Assembly: GCA_903894995.1 (NCBI GenBank)
Contig: CAITSG010000156.1
Location: 13,240-77,239, forward strand
Direction: 5' to 3'
DNA: 64,000 nucleotides
From: an uncultured Burkholderiales bacterium
GTDB taxonomy: Bacteria; Pseudomonadota; Gammaproteobacteria; Burkholderiales; Burkholderiaceae_C
Each line of letters starts with the position of its first letter. The first letter of the stretch is position 1. The translations under genes and the position numbers were made by a program. The notes below the pieces were generated by a model. The model ran no database searches. It was given only the letters and a program-made list of their open reading frames with translations, and was not told where the DNA came from. Of the stretch, positions 42,607 to 52,235 are shown in pieces.

Positions 42607-42622
42607 GAGTTACCGGTAACTC
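42607..42622. promoter_or_regulatory. perfect 16-bp palindrome, candidate LacI-family operator
   Basis: GAGTTACCGGTAACTC lies 48 nt upstream of the lactonase ATG, between the divergent LacI gene and the operon. The core TTACCGGTAA resembles GntR(LacI-type) operators. Confidence 0.6.
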
Positions 42623-42669
42623 ATTGTTAAAAGAAAATGAGCACTCTTTGATTCATTCAATTTGTCCGC

Positions 42670-43593
42670 ATGACATCGCTGCAAGTTTTCGACACCCGAC
42701 TCGCCCAGATGGCCCAAGGCGCTGGTGCGCTTGAACGTCTGTGCAGCGGCGCCGTCTGGAGCGAAGGCCCCGCCTGGCTCCCCCACACCAGCGAGTTGAT
42801 CTGGAGCGATATTCCCAACAACCGCATCTTGTCCTGGCATGCGCAGCATGGCCTGCGGGTTTGGCGTGACGGTGCAGAGTTCACCAACGGGCATGTGCTG
42901 GACCGAAATGGCGACTTGCTCCATGCCTCACATGGCCAACGCGCCATCATCCGCACACGGTTAGGGGCGCAAGGCGAGCCACTGGGTGACGAGGTGGTGG
43001 TGGACAACTACCTCGGCCAGCGCTTGAACTCCCCCAACGATCTGGTGGTGAAATCGGATGGCACCATCTGGTTCACCGACCCCCCCTACGGCATCCTTTC
43101 GGACCGGGAAGGCCACAAAGCCGTGTCTGAGATCGGTGCCAACCACGTTTACCGCTTCTGCCCGCACACCCAAAAACTGAGCATTGCCACCGACTGGCTG
43201 GACGAGCCCAATGGTTTGGCCTTCTCGCCCGATGAGCGCGTGCTGTACGTGAGCGACACTTCGGCCGCCCTGCGTGAAGATGGCTCGGGCCACCACCACA
43301 TCGTGGCTCTGGATGTGGTGGACGGCACCTGGCTGCGAAATCCCCGTATCTTTGCCGTCGTCACGCCCGGTCTGGCCGATGGTTTTCGGGTTGACATCCA
43401 GGGCTGGGTCTACACCAGCAGTGAAGACAGCGTGCAAATCTATCACCCGGATGGCACCCGTTTGGGCCGCATTCCGGTGCCCGAAAAAGTGGGCAATCTG
43501 TGCTTTGGCGGACCTGGTGGCGATGAACTGTTCATCTGCGCAAGCACATCCCTGTACCGCATCAAGCTCAACACGCGCGGAGCCACAGCATGA
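42670..43593 (+). CDS. SMP-30/gluconolactonase/LRE family protein
   Basis: EGPAWLPHTSELIWSDIPNNRIL, NGHVLDRNGDLL, PNDLVVKSDGTIWFTDP, PNGLAFSPDERVLYVSDT. Confidence 0.88.
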   Translation: MTSLQVFDTRLAQMAQGAGALERLCSGAVWSEGPAWLPHTSELIWSDIPNNRILSWHAQHGLRVWRDGAEFTNGHVLDRNGDLLHASHGQRAIIRTRLGAQGEPLGDEVVVDNYLGQRLNSPNDLVVKSDGTIWFTDPPYGILSDREGHKAVSEIGANHVYRFCPHTQKLSIATDWLDEPNGLAFSPDERVLYVSDTSAALREDGSGHHHIVALDVVDGTWLRNPRIFAVVTPGLADGFRVDIQGWVYTSSEDSVQIYHPDGTRLGRIPVPEKVGNLCFGGPGGDELFICASTSLYRIKLNTRGATA

Positions 43594-44315
43594 ATGCCCT
43601 CTGGCACTGGTTGACCCTGCCGCTCAGCGGGGCATCCATACACGTCATTGAGCCGGGGGTGTATTGGCATGCCCGGTTGATGGTGCTGGCCTGGGGCATC
43701 TTGCTGCCTGTGGGCGCTTTACTGGCGCGTTATTTCAAAGTGCTGCCTTCGCAAAACTGGCCCACCGTGTTGGACAACAAAGGGTGGTGGCATGGGCACA
43801 GAACACTGCAGTGGGCAGGCATGGCGCTGGCCAGCCTGGGCATTTATGTGATTTGGCATCAAGCCTCACCGAGTCCCTTGGCGCATGTGCACGGCACAGC
43901 GGGCTGGCTGTTGATGCTGCTGGGCTGGCTGCAAATCCTCGGCGGGCTCTTGCGCGGCAGCAAAGGCGGCCCCACGGCCTTGCAGCTCAGGGGTGACCAT
44001 TACGACATGACGCGCCACCGCATCTGGTTTGAGCGCTTGCACAAGTGGTTCGGCTGGGCGTGTGTGCTGGCCGCCATCGGCGTGATTTTTGCAGGCCTGC
44101 TGCTGGCCGATGCACCGCGCTGGATGCCGCTGGTGCTGGGGCTGTGGTGGCTGAGCTTGCTGGGCCTGGCCTGGCACTGGCAAAAGCAGGGCCGCTGCAT
44201 CGACACCTACCAAGCGATCTGGGGGCCGGACCCCCGTCACCCCGGCAATCACCTGCCCCCCATCGGCTGGGGCATTCGACGACCCTTTGAACCACAAAAA
44301 CATGGCCAATCTTGA
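43590..44315 (+). CDS. multi-pass membrane protein, cytochrome b561 / ferric-reductase-like (tentative)
   Basis: About 5 TM segments, each preceded by His (HARLMVLAWGILLPVGALLARYF, WWHGHRTLQW, HVHGTAGW, LHKWFGW). ATGA overlap with the lactonase gene. Confidence 0.45.
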   Translation: MNALWHWLTLPLSGASIHVIEPGVYWHARLMVLAWGILLPVGALLARYFKVLPSQNWPTVLDNKGWWHGHRTLQWAGMALASLGIYVIWHQASPSPLAHVHGTAGWLLMLLGWLQILGGLLRGSKGGPTALQLRGDHYDMTRHRIWFERLHKWFGWACVLAAIGVIFAGLLLADAPRWMPLVLGLWWLSLLGLAWHWQKQGRCIDTYQAIWGPDPRHPGNHLPPIGWGIRRPFEPQKHGQS

Positions 44316-45423
44316 ACTTCGCAACCTCGTCAAACGTTTTGGCGAGGTCACTGTCGTCAGTGAACTCAACCTGTCTGTCCAGGCGGGCGAATTTGTCGTG
44401 CTGCTGGGCGAATCGGGCTGCGGCAAAAGCACCACGCTGCGCATGGTGGCCGGCCTAGAAGAAGTCACCCAAGGCCAAATCATCATTGGCGGCAAAGACG
44501 TCACCAACGCCCACCCCATGGCCCGCGACATTGCCATGGTGTTCCAGAACTATGCGCTCTACCCCCACATGGATGTGGCGCAAAACCTGTCATTTGCCCT
44601 TCGCCTGGCAGGCCGCCCCCAGACAGATATCGATGCCAAAGTGGCCTCTGCGGCAAAAATCCTCAACATTGAGCACCTGCTCAAGCGCAAGCCCAAAGAA
44701 CTGTCCGGCGGCCAACGCCAACGCGTGGCCATTGGCCGCGCCATCGTGCGTGAACCCCAGGTCTTTTTGTTCGATGAGCCCTTGTCCAACCTGGACGCCA
44801 AACTCAGGGGCCACATGCGGGCAGAGTTGGCCCTGCTGCACCAGCGCCTGGCCAAAACCACGCTGTATGTGACCCACGATCAGGTCGAAGCCATGACGCT
44901 GGCCAGCCGCATCGTGATCTTCGACAAAGGCCGCATTCAGCAGGTCGGCACGCCCAGCGAGGTGTTCAACCACCCGGCCAATCTCTTTGTCGCAGGCTTC
45001 ATCGGCACCCCCACCATGAACTTTTTTGAGGCCCGCCTGCACAGCGTCGAAGGTCAAACCATGCTGCAAATGCAGGACTTTTCTGTGCCTGCGCCCGCAT
45101 GGCTGCTTGCGCAAGCCCTGACGGCAGACACGCCGCTCACCGTCGGCATTCGCCCACAAATGCTCAGCCCCACACCGCAAGGCGGCACGCTGCGCATGAA
45201 CGTCGAGGTCGTGGAATACCTGGGCACCGAAAGCCAAGTCGTGGGCCGCCTGCCTTCGGGGCAACGCGTGTGCGCGGTGCTGCCAGGCAATGCCAAAGCC
45301 GCGCTGCACCAGCCCTTGCACCTGAATGTCGAGCCCGCTTCCTTGCATGTCTTCAACGCCAGCAACGGGCTTTCCTTGAAACCCAGCAGTTCCCCTTCCC
45401 TTCACAACACAGGAGACAAATGA
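44302..45423 (+). CDS. sugar ABC transporter ATP-binding protein (UgpC/MalK-like)
   Basis: [48 protein letters not shown], and a C-terminal TOBE-like part. Confidence 0.9.
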   Translation: MANLELRNLVKRFGEVTVVSELNLSVQAGEFVVLLGESGCGKSTTLRMVAGLEEVTQGQIIIGGKDVTNAHPMARDIAMVFQNYALYPHMDVAQNLSFALRLAGRPQTDIDAKVASAAKILNIEHLLKRKPKELSGGQRQRVAIGRAIVREPQVFLFDEPLSNLDAKLRGHMRAELALLHQRLAKTTLYVTHDQVEAMTLASRIVIFDKGRIQQVGTPSEVFNHPANLFVAGFIGTPTMNFFEARLHSVEGQTMLQMQDFSVPAPAWLLAQALTADTPLTVGIRPQMLSPTPQGGTLRMNVEVVEYLGTESQVVGRLPSGQRVCAVLPGNAKAALHQPLHLNVEPASLHVFNASNGLSLKPSSSPSLHNTGDK

Positions 45424-46766
45424 TGAGTTCATACCCAAGCCGACGCGACGCACTCAAAGCAGGCGCCATCACCGTTTTTGGCGCTGCCCTGCCCTTCAGC
45501 GGCGTGCAAGCGCAAAACCGCTACGCCAAATACGCGGGCAAAACCGTGGTGTTCAGCACGCCAGCGCACCCGCACTACGACGCGATGATCAAGATCTTGC
45601 CGCAGTTCACGAAAGAAACCGGCATCAAGGTCGAGGTGGACAAATTGGCCATTGGCCGCATGAAAGAAAAGCAACTGCTGGAAATGTCCAAGCCCTCTGG
45701 CGACTTCGACTTGGGCTGCTACGTCGTCATGTGGAAAGGCGAATATGTGGCCAAGAATCTGATCCAGCCTCTGGACCCCTTCTTTGCCAATCCGGCATTG
45801 GCCGACCCCGCCTACGACATGAAGGACATCGTCCCGATTTACCTCGAAAACCTGGGACTGGTCGGCGGCCCCAAAGGATATTTGGCAGGGCCTGGTGCCA
45901 AACTTTATGGCATCCCCTATGGCGCTGAAACCAGCGTTTTGGCGTACCGCCGTGACATCTTTGCCAAGCACAACCTCACGGTGCCAGAAAACTACGAAGA
46001 CTTCCGCAAGATTTTGCGCATCCTCAAGGACAAGGAAGGCATTGGCGCTTTGGCCAGCCGCGGACAAGCCGGGCACCAAGTGGTGCATGCCTGGTTGCTG
46101 CACCTGAACCCGCTGGGCGGCAGTGTCTTTGACGACAAGTGGAATCCGCGTTTCAACGACAAGTTCGGCGTCGAAGCCCTCAAGTTCTTGCAAGAAGTTG
46201 TGGCCACAGGACCTGCTGGCATTCCAGGCTACGGCCAGGGCGAGAGCAACACCGCCTTTTTGCAAGGACAGGCCGCCATGTACTTGGACAGCACCTCCAT
46301 TGCCGGCCTGGTCAACGACCCGAGCAAAAGCAAAGTGGTGGGCAACGTCAGCTGGGCCTTGCACCCCAAAGGCATGCGCCGCGCCTCACAAAGCGGTGGC
46401 CTGGGGCTGGCTATTCCCAAAAACGCCAAAAACCCGGAAGCGAGTTTCTTGCTCATGCAATGGCTCACCAGCAAAGCGCAAGACAAAGCCGTGACGATGG
46501 CCGGCGGCGCCCCCATGCGCAACAGCACCCTGAAAGACCAGGATGCTGTGCGCAAGTACCCCGAGTTCATCACCTTCCAGGAAGCGCTGAAATACAGCGC
46601 ACCCGACTGGCGCCCCATCATCCCGGTGTGGGACACCATCAACGTGCAGGCGCTGGGCGTGGGCTTGAGTGAAGCCCTCACCGGCAAAAAAACTGCTGAA
46701 GCAGCCCTCAACGACATGGTTCCGCAGGTCACCGCGATCATGCGCCAAGCCGGTTACAAGATCTGA
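45420..46766 (+). CDS. sugar ABC transporter substrate-binding protein (family 1) with Tat-type signal
   Basis: MMSSYPSRRDALKAGAITVFGAALPFSGVQA. AGGAGA lies just upstream, and the second ATG at 45423 has better spacing. Confidence 0.85.
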   Translation: MMSSYPSRRDALKAGAITVFGAALPFSGVQAQNRYAKYAGKTVVFSTPAHPHYDAMIKILPQFTKETGIKVEVDKLAIGRMKEKQLLEMSKPSGDFDLGCYVVMWKGEYVAKNLIQPLDPFFANPALADPAYDMKDIVPIYLENLGLVGGPKGYLAGPGAKLYGIPYGAETSVLAYRRDIFAKHNLTVPENYEDFRKILRILKDKEGIGALASRGQAGHQVVHAWLLHLNPLGGSVFDDKWNPRFNDKFGVEALKFLQEVVATGPAGIPGYGQGESNTAFLQGQAAMYLDSTSIAGLVNDPSKSKVVGNVSWALHPKGMRRASQSGGLGLAIPKNAKNPEASFLLMQWLTSKAQDKAVTMAGGAPMRNSTLKDQDAVRKYPEFITFQEALKYSAPDWRPIIPVWDTINVQALGVGLSEALTGKKTAEAALNDMVPQVTAIMRQAGYKI

Positions 46767-46784
46767 TCGCCTCAAGCCTTTGAC

Positions 46785-47663
46785 ATGAAAACTTCCCGCT
46801 GGATTGCAGCCCTTTACATAGGCCCCGCCGTTCTCGTCATGGCAGCGGCCTGCCTTTACCCTGTGCTGAGCGCTTTCCAGCTGGCCGGTTACGACTGGTC
46901 CATGGGCACCCCCTGGGCATCTGCCCAGTGGGTGGGCTGGGACAACATGATCCAGGCCTTCTCTAACCCGAGGGTCTGGAACAGCTTGCTGACCACCTTG
47001 CTGTTTGCCGCCGTTTGCGTCACGGCAGAAATGCTGCTGGGCATTGCGCTGGCCCTGGCTCTGGAAAAACCCGTCAAGGGCATGTCATTTTTCAGAACCT
47101 TGTTCATCCTGCCCATGATGATTGCCCCCATCGCCGTGGGCTTGACCTGGCGCTACATCTTTGATGCCCAATTTGGCCTGGCCAATGCCGTGCTCAAAGT
47201 GCTGGGCTTTGGCGCGCAAACCTGGCTGGCCGACCCCCAATTGGCCTTCATGGCCATCGTCATTGCCGACATCTGGCAGTGGACGCCTTTTGTCTTCATC
47301 ATGATGATCGCGGCCTTGGCGGGGGTTGACCATTCCGTCATCGAAGCTGCCCGCATCGACGGCGCGCGCTGGTGGCAACAAACCCTGTGGGTCAAACTGC
47401 CCATGGTCATGCATGTGATTGCCATCACTTTGATGATGCGCCTCATTGATGCCTTCAGGGTGCTGGAGGTGATCTATGTGCTGACCTTTGGCGGCCCAGG
47501 CGACAGCACCGAAATTCTGGCCCTGCACATTTACAAAACAGCCTTTGTGGGCCAGCAACTGGGTGTGGCCGCTGCCATCAGCATCTTGCTGTTGCTGGTG
47601 GTCACGGTACTCAGTCTGGGCGCTTTGCGTCTTTCCAACCCCATGAAAGGAGAGCCCCAATGA
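46785..47663 (+). CDS. sugar ABC transporter permease
   Basis: 6 TM segments and an EAA loop IEAARIDGARWWQQTLWVKLP. Confidence 0.88.
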   Translation: MKTSRWIAALYIGPAVLVMAAACLYPVLSAFQLAGYDWSMGTPWASAQWVGWDNMIQAFSNPRVWNSLLTTLLFAAVCVTAEMLLGIALALALEKPVKGMSFFRTLFILPMMIAPIAVGLTWRYIFDAQFGLANAVLKVLGFGAQTWLADPQLAFMAIVIADIWQWTPFVFIMMIAALAGVDHSVIEAARIDGARWWQQTLWVKLPMVMHVIAITLMMRLIDAFRVLEVIYVLTFGGPGDSTEILALHIYKTAFVGQQLGVAAAISILLLLVVTVLSLGALRLSNPMKGEPQ

Positions 47664-48484
47664 AGCGCTCATGGTGGATGACCACCTCCCACTACACCGT
47701 TCTGATTTTTCTGGCTTTGTTGTGCCTGGCACCCATATGGGTGATTTTTGCCACCAGCTTGCGCCAGCAAGTGGACATCTTTGCCGAGCCGCTGAACTTC
47801 ATCTTCATGCCCACGCTGGAAAACTACCGGGCCGTGATCGAAGAAGACAAGCTCGACCGCTACCTGGGCAACAGCCTGTTTGTCGGCATCGTGTCCACCG
47901 TGATCACCCTCGTGCTCGGCTGCATGGCCGCCTATGGTCTGGCCAGGTTCCGATTTCCCGGCCGTCAGGCGGTGGCCTACACCACGCTTTTGCTGCGCAC
48001 CGTGCCACTGGCTGTGCTGGCCATTCCCGTATTCCTGATCTGGAATGAATGGCAACTGGTCAACAGCCTCTGGGGGCTGGTGCTGCTGTACGTGGCGGTC
48101 AATCTGCCCTTCACCATTTGGCTGCTGTACGGCTTTGTGTTGCAGGTGCCGATTGAACTGGAAGAAGCCGCTGCCATCGATGGCTGCGGCCCATTCCAGA
48201 TCTTCACCAAGGTGCTCTTGCCACTCATGGGGCCGGGCTTGGCGGCGGCATCCATCTTCACTTTCCGCATCGCCTGGAACGAATTCATCCTGGCGCTGGT
48301 GCTGACCGATCGGCAAACACGCACGCTGCCTGTTGCGGCCAGCCTGTTCATCACAGACTTGGGCGTTGACTGGGGCAAAGTCATGGCCATGACCAGCCTG
48401 ATCGCCATCCCGCCGCTGATTTTCACGTTCATCGCAGCGCGGCAAATCATCACCGGGCTCACGGCAGGGGCGGTCAAGGGCTAG
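47660..48484 (+). CDS. carbohydrate ABC transporter permease
   Basis: EAA loop LEEAAAIDGCGPFQIFTKVLLP; 4-nt overlap with the upstream permease. Confidence 0.88.
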   Translation: MKRSWWMTTSHYTVLIFLALLCLAPIWVIFATSLRQQVDIFAEPLNFIFMPTLENYRAVIEEDKLDRYLGNSLFVGIVSTVITLVLGCMAAYGLARFRFPGRQAVAYTTLLLRTVPLAVLAIPVFLIWNEWQLVNSLWGLVLLYVAVNLPFTIWLLYGFVLQVPIELEEAAAIDGCGPFQIFTKVLLPLMGPGLAAASIFTFRIAWNEFILALVLTDRQTRTLPVAASLFITDLGVDWGKVMAMTSLIAIPPLIFTFIAARQIITGLTAGAVKG

Positions 48485-48596
48485 TCACAAGGTACGGTTC
48501 TGTAAGTCATTCAGTTCGCGTTACCGACCCTTGCAAAGGACAGCGGGAGACACGGGGTTCTGGATCTTTGCCTGGCATGCCAATTTCAGCGCTTGC

Positions 48597-48638
48597 GCTG
48601 ACAGTTGACCGCTGACCGCTGACAGTTGACCGCTGGGT
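48597..48638. repeat. two tandem 21-bp units GCTGACAGTTGACCGCTG(acc/ggt)
   Basis: Read directly from the sequence. It is preceded by and overlaps the palindrome TCAGCGCTTGCGCTGA (48586-48601). Confidence 0.85.
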
Positions 48639-48675
48639 CAGAACAATAGTCCGGCACAAAAGCCTATTGAAGTCG

Positions 48676-48704
48676 AAAAAAAGCCCGCATCAGCGGGCTT
48701 TTTG
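48676..48704. terminator. bidirectional intrinsic terminator
   Basis: AAAAAAA-GCCCGC-ATCA-GCGGGC-TTTTT between the convergent ABC operon and sodB. Confidence 0.85.
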
Positions 48705-48722
48705 ATTTGGAGAAAACCTCGA

Positions 48723-49304
48723 TCAGGCGAAGTTCGTTTCAGCGAAAGACCAGTTCACCAAGTTGTTGAGGAAAGTCTCAACGAACTTGGGACGCATGTT
48801 GCGGTAATCGATGTAGTACGCGTGTTCCCACACATCCACCGTGAGCAAAGCGGTGTCGCCTGTGGTCAATGGGGTGCCCGCAGCGCCCATGTTGACGATG
48901 TCGACCGAGCCGTCGGCTTTCTTCACAAGCCATGTCCAGCCAGAGCCAAAATTGCCCACGGCGCTCTTGACGAAGGCTTCTTTGAAAGCAGCGTAACTGC
49001 CAAATTTGGCGTTGATGGCTTCAGCCAAGGCACCTGTGGGCTCGCCTCCGCCGTTGGGCTTCATGCAGTTCCAGAAAAAGGTGTGGTTCCAGATTTGGGC
49101 CGAATTGTTGTACACACCACCACTGGATTTTTTGATGATGTCTTCGAGAGGCATGCTCTCGAATTCGGTGCCTTTTTGCAGGTTGTTCAGGTTCACCACA
49201 TAAGCGTTGTGGTGCTTGCCGTGGTGAAACTCCAGGGTTTCTTGGCTGTAATGAGGGGCCAAAGCGTCGATCGCGTAAGGCAGTGCGGGCAAAGTGTGTT
49301 CCAT
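48723..49304 (-). CDS. sodB: superoxide dismutase [Fe]
   Basis: [32 protein letters not shown]...[13 protein letters not shown]. Confidence 0.93.
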   Translation of the reverse strand: MEHTLPALPYAIDALAPHYSQETLEFHHGKHHNAYVVNLNNLQKGTEFESMPLEDIIKKSSGGVYNNSAQIWNHTFFWNCMKPNGGGEPTGALAEAINAKFGSYAAFKEAFVKSAVGNFGSGWTWLVKKADGSVDIVNMGAAGTPLTTGDTALLTVDVWEHAYYIDYRNMRPKFVETFLNNLVNWSFAETNFA

Positions 49305-49458
49305 GAAGGCGTCCTTTGGTGGTGTGAAAAAGATAACCGTTGCATTTTAGGGGCAGCTTGATCGCCCTTGAGGGTGACAGGTCACTGAAGAATAAGGATC
49401 CAAGGTGCTGGTCCGCCATTGCCATTGCCAAACTGAGCCGCACGTTCATGGCTTGCGT

Positions 49459-50814
49459 TCAAGGGTCCACCACCAAGGACACGTCCCCATCGGCCAAAGT
49501 TGCACTAACCCATTGCCCTGACCTGAATTGAGCGACTTGGCTTAAAGCATTTCCTTGCTCATCTTGCAGCCATGCGTAGCCGCGCTCCAAGACCAAACGC
49601 GGGTCAACCGATGACAAGCGCAAACCAGCGCGCTCCAACCGTTGTGCGCGATGGTGCACCTGCTGGCTTCGGTTAAAGGCCATACGGTCGGTCAAGCGGT
49701 CCAACTGGTGAGCCTGCGAAGTCGACTGTGTTTGCACACCGCTATGCAGGCGACCGGCCAGTCGGTCAAGCCACTGGCCGTGCTGGACCAGCAGCCCCTG
49801 AGGACGGCTTAAACGAGCTGCAAGCGCAGTCAATTGTTGCGCCCGGCGCTCTTGCTGACGGAGCAAACCCACACCGAAGCGGGCAGCAACGTTGTCCAGA
49901 CGCTGGGCTTGTCGGTCTTGCTGACGCATCAAGCCCCGGCTCAGTCTTTCCTCCAAAACCTTCAAGGCCTGCAGACCCACACCGCGATCCATTGCAGCCA
50001 GCTCGGCAGCAGCCGTTGGGGTGGGAGCGCGGACATCGGCCACAAAGTCGGCAATGGTGAAATCAGTTTCATGGCCCACGCCACAGATGAGCGGCACAGG
50101 GCTTTGGGCAATCACACGGGCGAGGTTTTCATCGTTGAAAGACCACAAATCCTCCATCGAGCCGCCTCCGCGCACCAGCAAAATCACATCTACAGGCGGG
50201 CTCAGTGGGTTGTCTTGTGCAGTAAGGGCGTAAAGACTGTGCAGCGCCTGCGCCAAGGCGGCGGGTGCACCCGAACCTTGCACCATCGCAGGCACCAACA
50301 ACACCGGAATGTGTGGCACACGCCGCTGCAAGGCGGTTATCACGTCGTGCCAAGCAGCTGCACCCAGCGAAGTCACCACACCAATGGCACGGGGTTGCGT
50401 TGGCAAAGCGCGCTTGTGCACAGAATCAAAAAGACCCTCTGCCTCCAGTTTGATTTTAAGTCTCAAAAACTGCTCAAAAAGCGCACCCTGCCCCGCACGC
50501 TCCATAGACTCGACAACCAACTGCAGGTCGCCCCGGGCCTCATACAGACCCAAACGGCCTCGTACCTCGACCAGTTCGCCATCGCGAGGGGAGAAGTCCA
50601 TCAAACTGGCAGCACGTCGAAACATCGCACAGCGGATCTGTCCGGCATCGTCTTTGATGGAAAAATAGCAATGCCCACTGGCAGCGCGTGAGTAGCCGGA
50701 AATTTCGCCCCGAACGATGACCGGGTTGAAACGCAGATCCAAGGTGTCGGCCACAGCGCGACACAAAGCTGAGACGGTCCAGGCATTTTTTGGACTTGAT
50801 TCGAGCATGTTCAT
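49459..50814 (-). CDS. xseA: exodeoxyribonuclease VII large subunit
   Basis: WTVSALCRAVADTLDLRFNPVIVRGEISGYSRAASGHCYFSIKD (OB fold), and IGVVTS...RGGGSMEDLW. Start at MNMLESS. Confidence 0.9.
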   Translation of the reverse strand: MNMLESSPKNAWTVSALCRAVADTLDLRFNPVIVRGEISGYSRAASGHCYFSIKDDAGQIRCAMFRRAASLMDFSPRDGELVEVRGRLGLYEARGDLQLVVESMERAGQGALFEQFLRLKIKLEAEGLFDSVHKRALPTQPRAIGVVTSLGAAAWHDVITALQRRVPHIPVLLVPAMVQGSGAPAALAQALHSLYALTAQDNPLSPPVDVILLVRGGGSMEDLWSFNDENLARVIAQSPVPLICGVGHETDFTIADFVADVRAPTPTAAAELAAMDRGVGLQALKVLEERLSRGLMRQQDRQAQRLDNVAARFGVGLLRQQERRAQQLTALAARLSRPQGLLVQHGQWLDRLAGRLHSGVQTQSTSQAHQLDRLTDRMAFNRSQQVHHRAQRLERAGLRLSSVDPRLVLERGYAWLQDEQGNALSQVAQFRSGQWVSATLADGDVSLVVDP

Positions 50815-51151
50815 TTTTTGGATTGTGATGCAAATGCGTTCACGCCATTCAGCATCGGGCTGCGGCTTGATTTGAAGTACTCCACAGATGAGTGGCTGCA
50901 TCTACCGAGGGTCATCAAAAAACTCAACCTCCCTTGGATTGTCTTAAGTAACTGATTTCATTCAACTTTTCTTAAAACAGCTGCGCAAAAATCTGAAAAT
51001 TGATCGAATATAGAAGTATTCAAAAAAACCCATTCAAAAGTTCCTCACAAAGTTATCCACAGGGCCATCACCCCTTGGACACGCTCAAGGAAGGGCTCGA
51101 AAGCCCCCTCTGGGCGAGGCACATCGTTCATAATGGCATTCTTTTGATCCA

Positions 51152-51793
51152 TTGAAATTTCAAGAAGGAAAAGTTTTGTTATCGATCATACAAGCCGCAG
51201 GTTGGCCCATTTGGCCCCTGATTCTGTGCTCTGTCTTGGCCTTGGCCTTGATCATTGAACGATTGTTTCAATTGCAGACCCGCAAAGTTGCACCACTGCA
51301 CACTTTGGAAAAAGCCATGGAGGCCACTTGCTCAAGCTTACCAGGCGAAGAAGTGGTGCGCCAACTGGAGGGCATGGGCGTTTTAGGTCCCATTCTGGCC
51401 AGCGGCATACGAAATTTGCAACAAAACCCCCAAGCTACCCATCAAGATATCCAATCCGCAATGGAAATGGCCGGACGCAAGGCGGCCCGAGATTTGGAAC
51501 GCTACCTGACCGCTCTGGCCACCATTGCTTCAGCCGCTCCGTTGTTGGGTCTTCTGGGCACCGTGGTCGGCATGATTGAGATTTTTGGAGCCCACACTGC
51601 GGCCAACAACCAACCAGCACAGCTGGCTCAGGGCATTTCAATCGCTTTATACAACACCGCTTTCGGCCTGATTGTGGCCATTCCCGCATTGATGTTCTGG
51701 CGTTACTTCCGCTCCGTGGTGGACAATCACCTGCTGAACATGGAAATAGCGAGCGAGCAATTTTGTCGCCACTTGAACCATCTGCGTGACTGA
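51152..51793 (+). CDS. exbB: MotA/TolQ/ExbB proton-channel family protein
   Basis: GWPIWPLILCSVLALALIIER and LATIASAAPLLGLLGTVVGMI. The start is non-ATG (TTG at 51152, or TTG at 51176 which has GAAGGA upstream). Confidence 0.85.
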   Translation: MKFQEGKVLLSIIQAAGWPIWPLILCSVLALALIIERLFQLQTRKVAPLHTLEKAMEATCSSLPGEEVVRQLEGMGVLGPILASGIRNLQQNPQATHQDIQSAMEMAGRKAARDLERYLTALATIASAAPLLGLLGTVVGMIEIFGAHTAANNQPAQLAQGISIALYNTAFGLIVAIPALMFWRYFRSVVDNHLLNMEIASEQFCRHLNHLRD

Positions 51794-51806
51794 CTGTGGA
51801 TTGATT

Positions 51807-52217
51807 GTGAATTTCAGTAAAAACCGCTCCTCAGCAGAGCCCGAAATCAACTTGATTCCCTTCATTGACATTTTGTTGGTGGTGATGATCTTTTTGATGC
51901 TCACCACCACTTGGTCGCGTTTGACAGAAATCAGCCTGACCCTGCCAGTTGCCGATGCGAAAAAACAAAAAGACCGGCCCCAGCAAATCATCTTGACAGT
52001 CAGCGCTCGAGGCCAGTACAGCTTGAACAAAACACCGATCAATGGCAGCTCAGTGAGTGCGCTTTCGGCTGTATTGGCCAATATGGCCTCCAAAGAAATG
52101 ACTTTGGTGATCAGTGCAGATGCCCAAGCAAGCCACCAGTCGGTGGTCAATGCGATGGAAGCCGCCCGTCGCACAGGCTTGTCACAAATCACCTTTGCCA
52201 CCCAATCGGCTGATTGA
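51807..52217 (+). CDS. exbD: ExbD/TolR family biopolymer transport protein
   Basis: EPEINLIPFIDILLVVMIFLM. GTG start at 51807 (VNFSKN); the track ORF starts at GTG 51786. Confidence 0.85.
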   Translation: MNFSKNRSSAEPEINLIPFIDILLVVMIFLMLTTTWSRLTEISLTLPVADAKKQKDRPQQIILTVSARGQYSLNKTPINGSSVSALSAVLANMASKEMTLVISADAQASHQSVVNAMEAARRTGLSQITFATQSAD

Positions 52218-52235
52218 TCGGGGTCTTGACTCTCC

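Noticed and set aside
51053-51061. A perfect DnaA-box 9-mer TTATCCACA in the AT-rich region upstream of exbB.
   Set aside because: It is a single box with no cluster, no DUE-like 13-mers that I could see, and no dnaA/gidA context. One chance hit to a 9-mer on either strand of 64 kb is not surprising.
51129-51149. A Fur-box-like AT-rich stretch CATAATGGCATTCTTTTGATC just upstream of exbB.
   Set aside because: Only about 11 of 19 positions match GATAATGATAATCATTATC. This exbB-exbD pair belongs to the conserved lpxK-kdsB-adk housekeeping cluster, with no tonB or receptor gene. The evidence is too weak to call.
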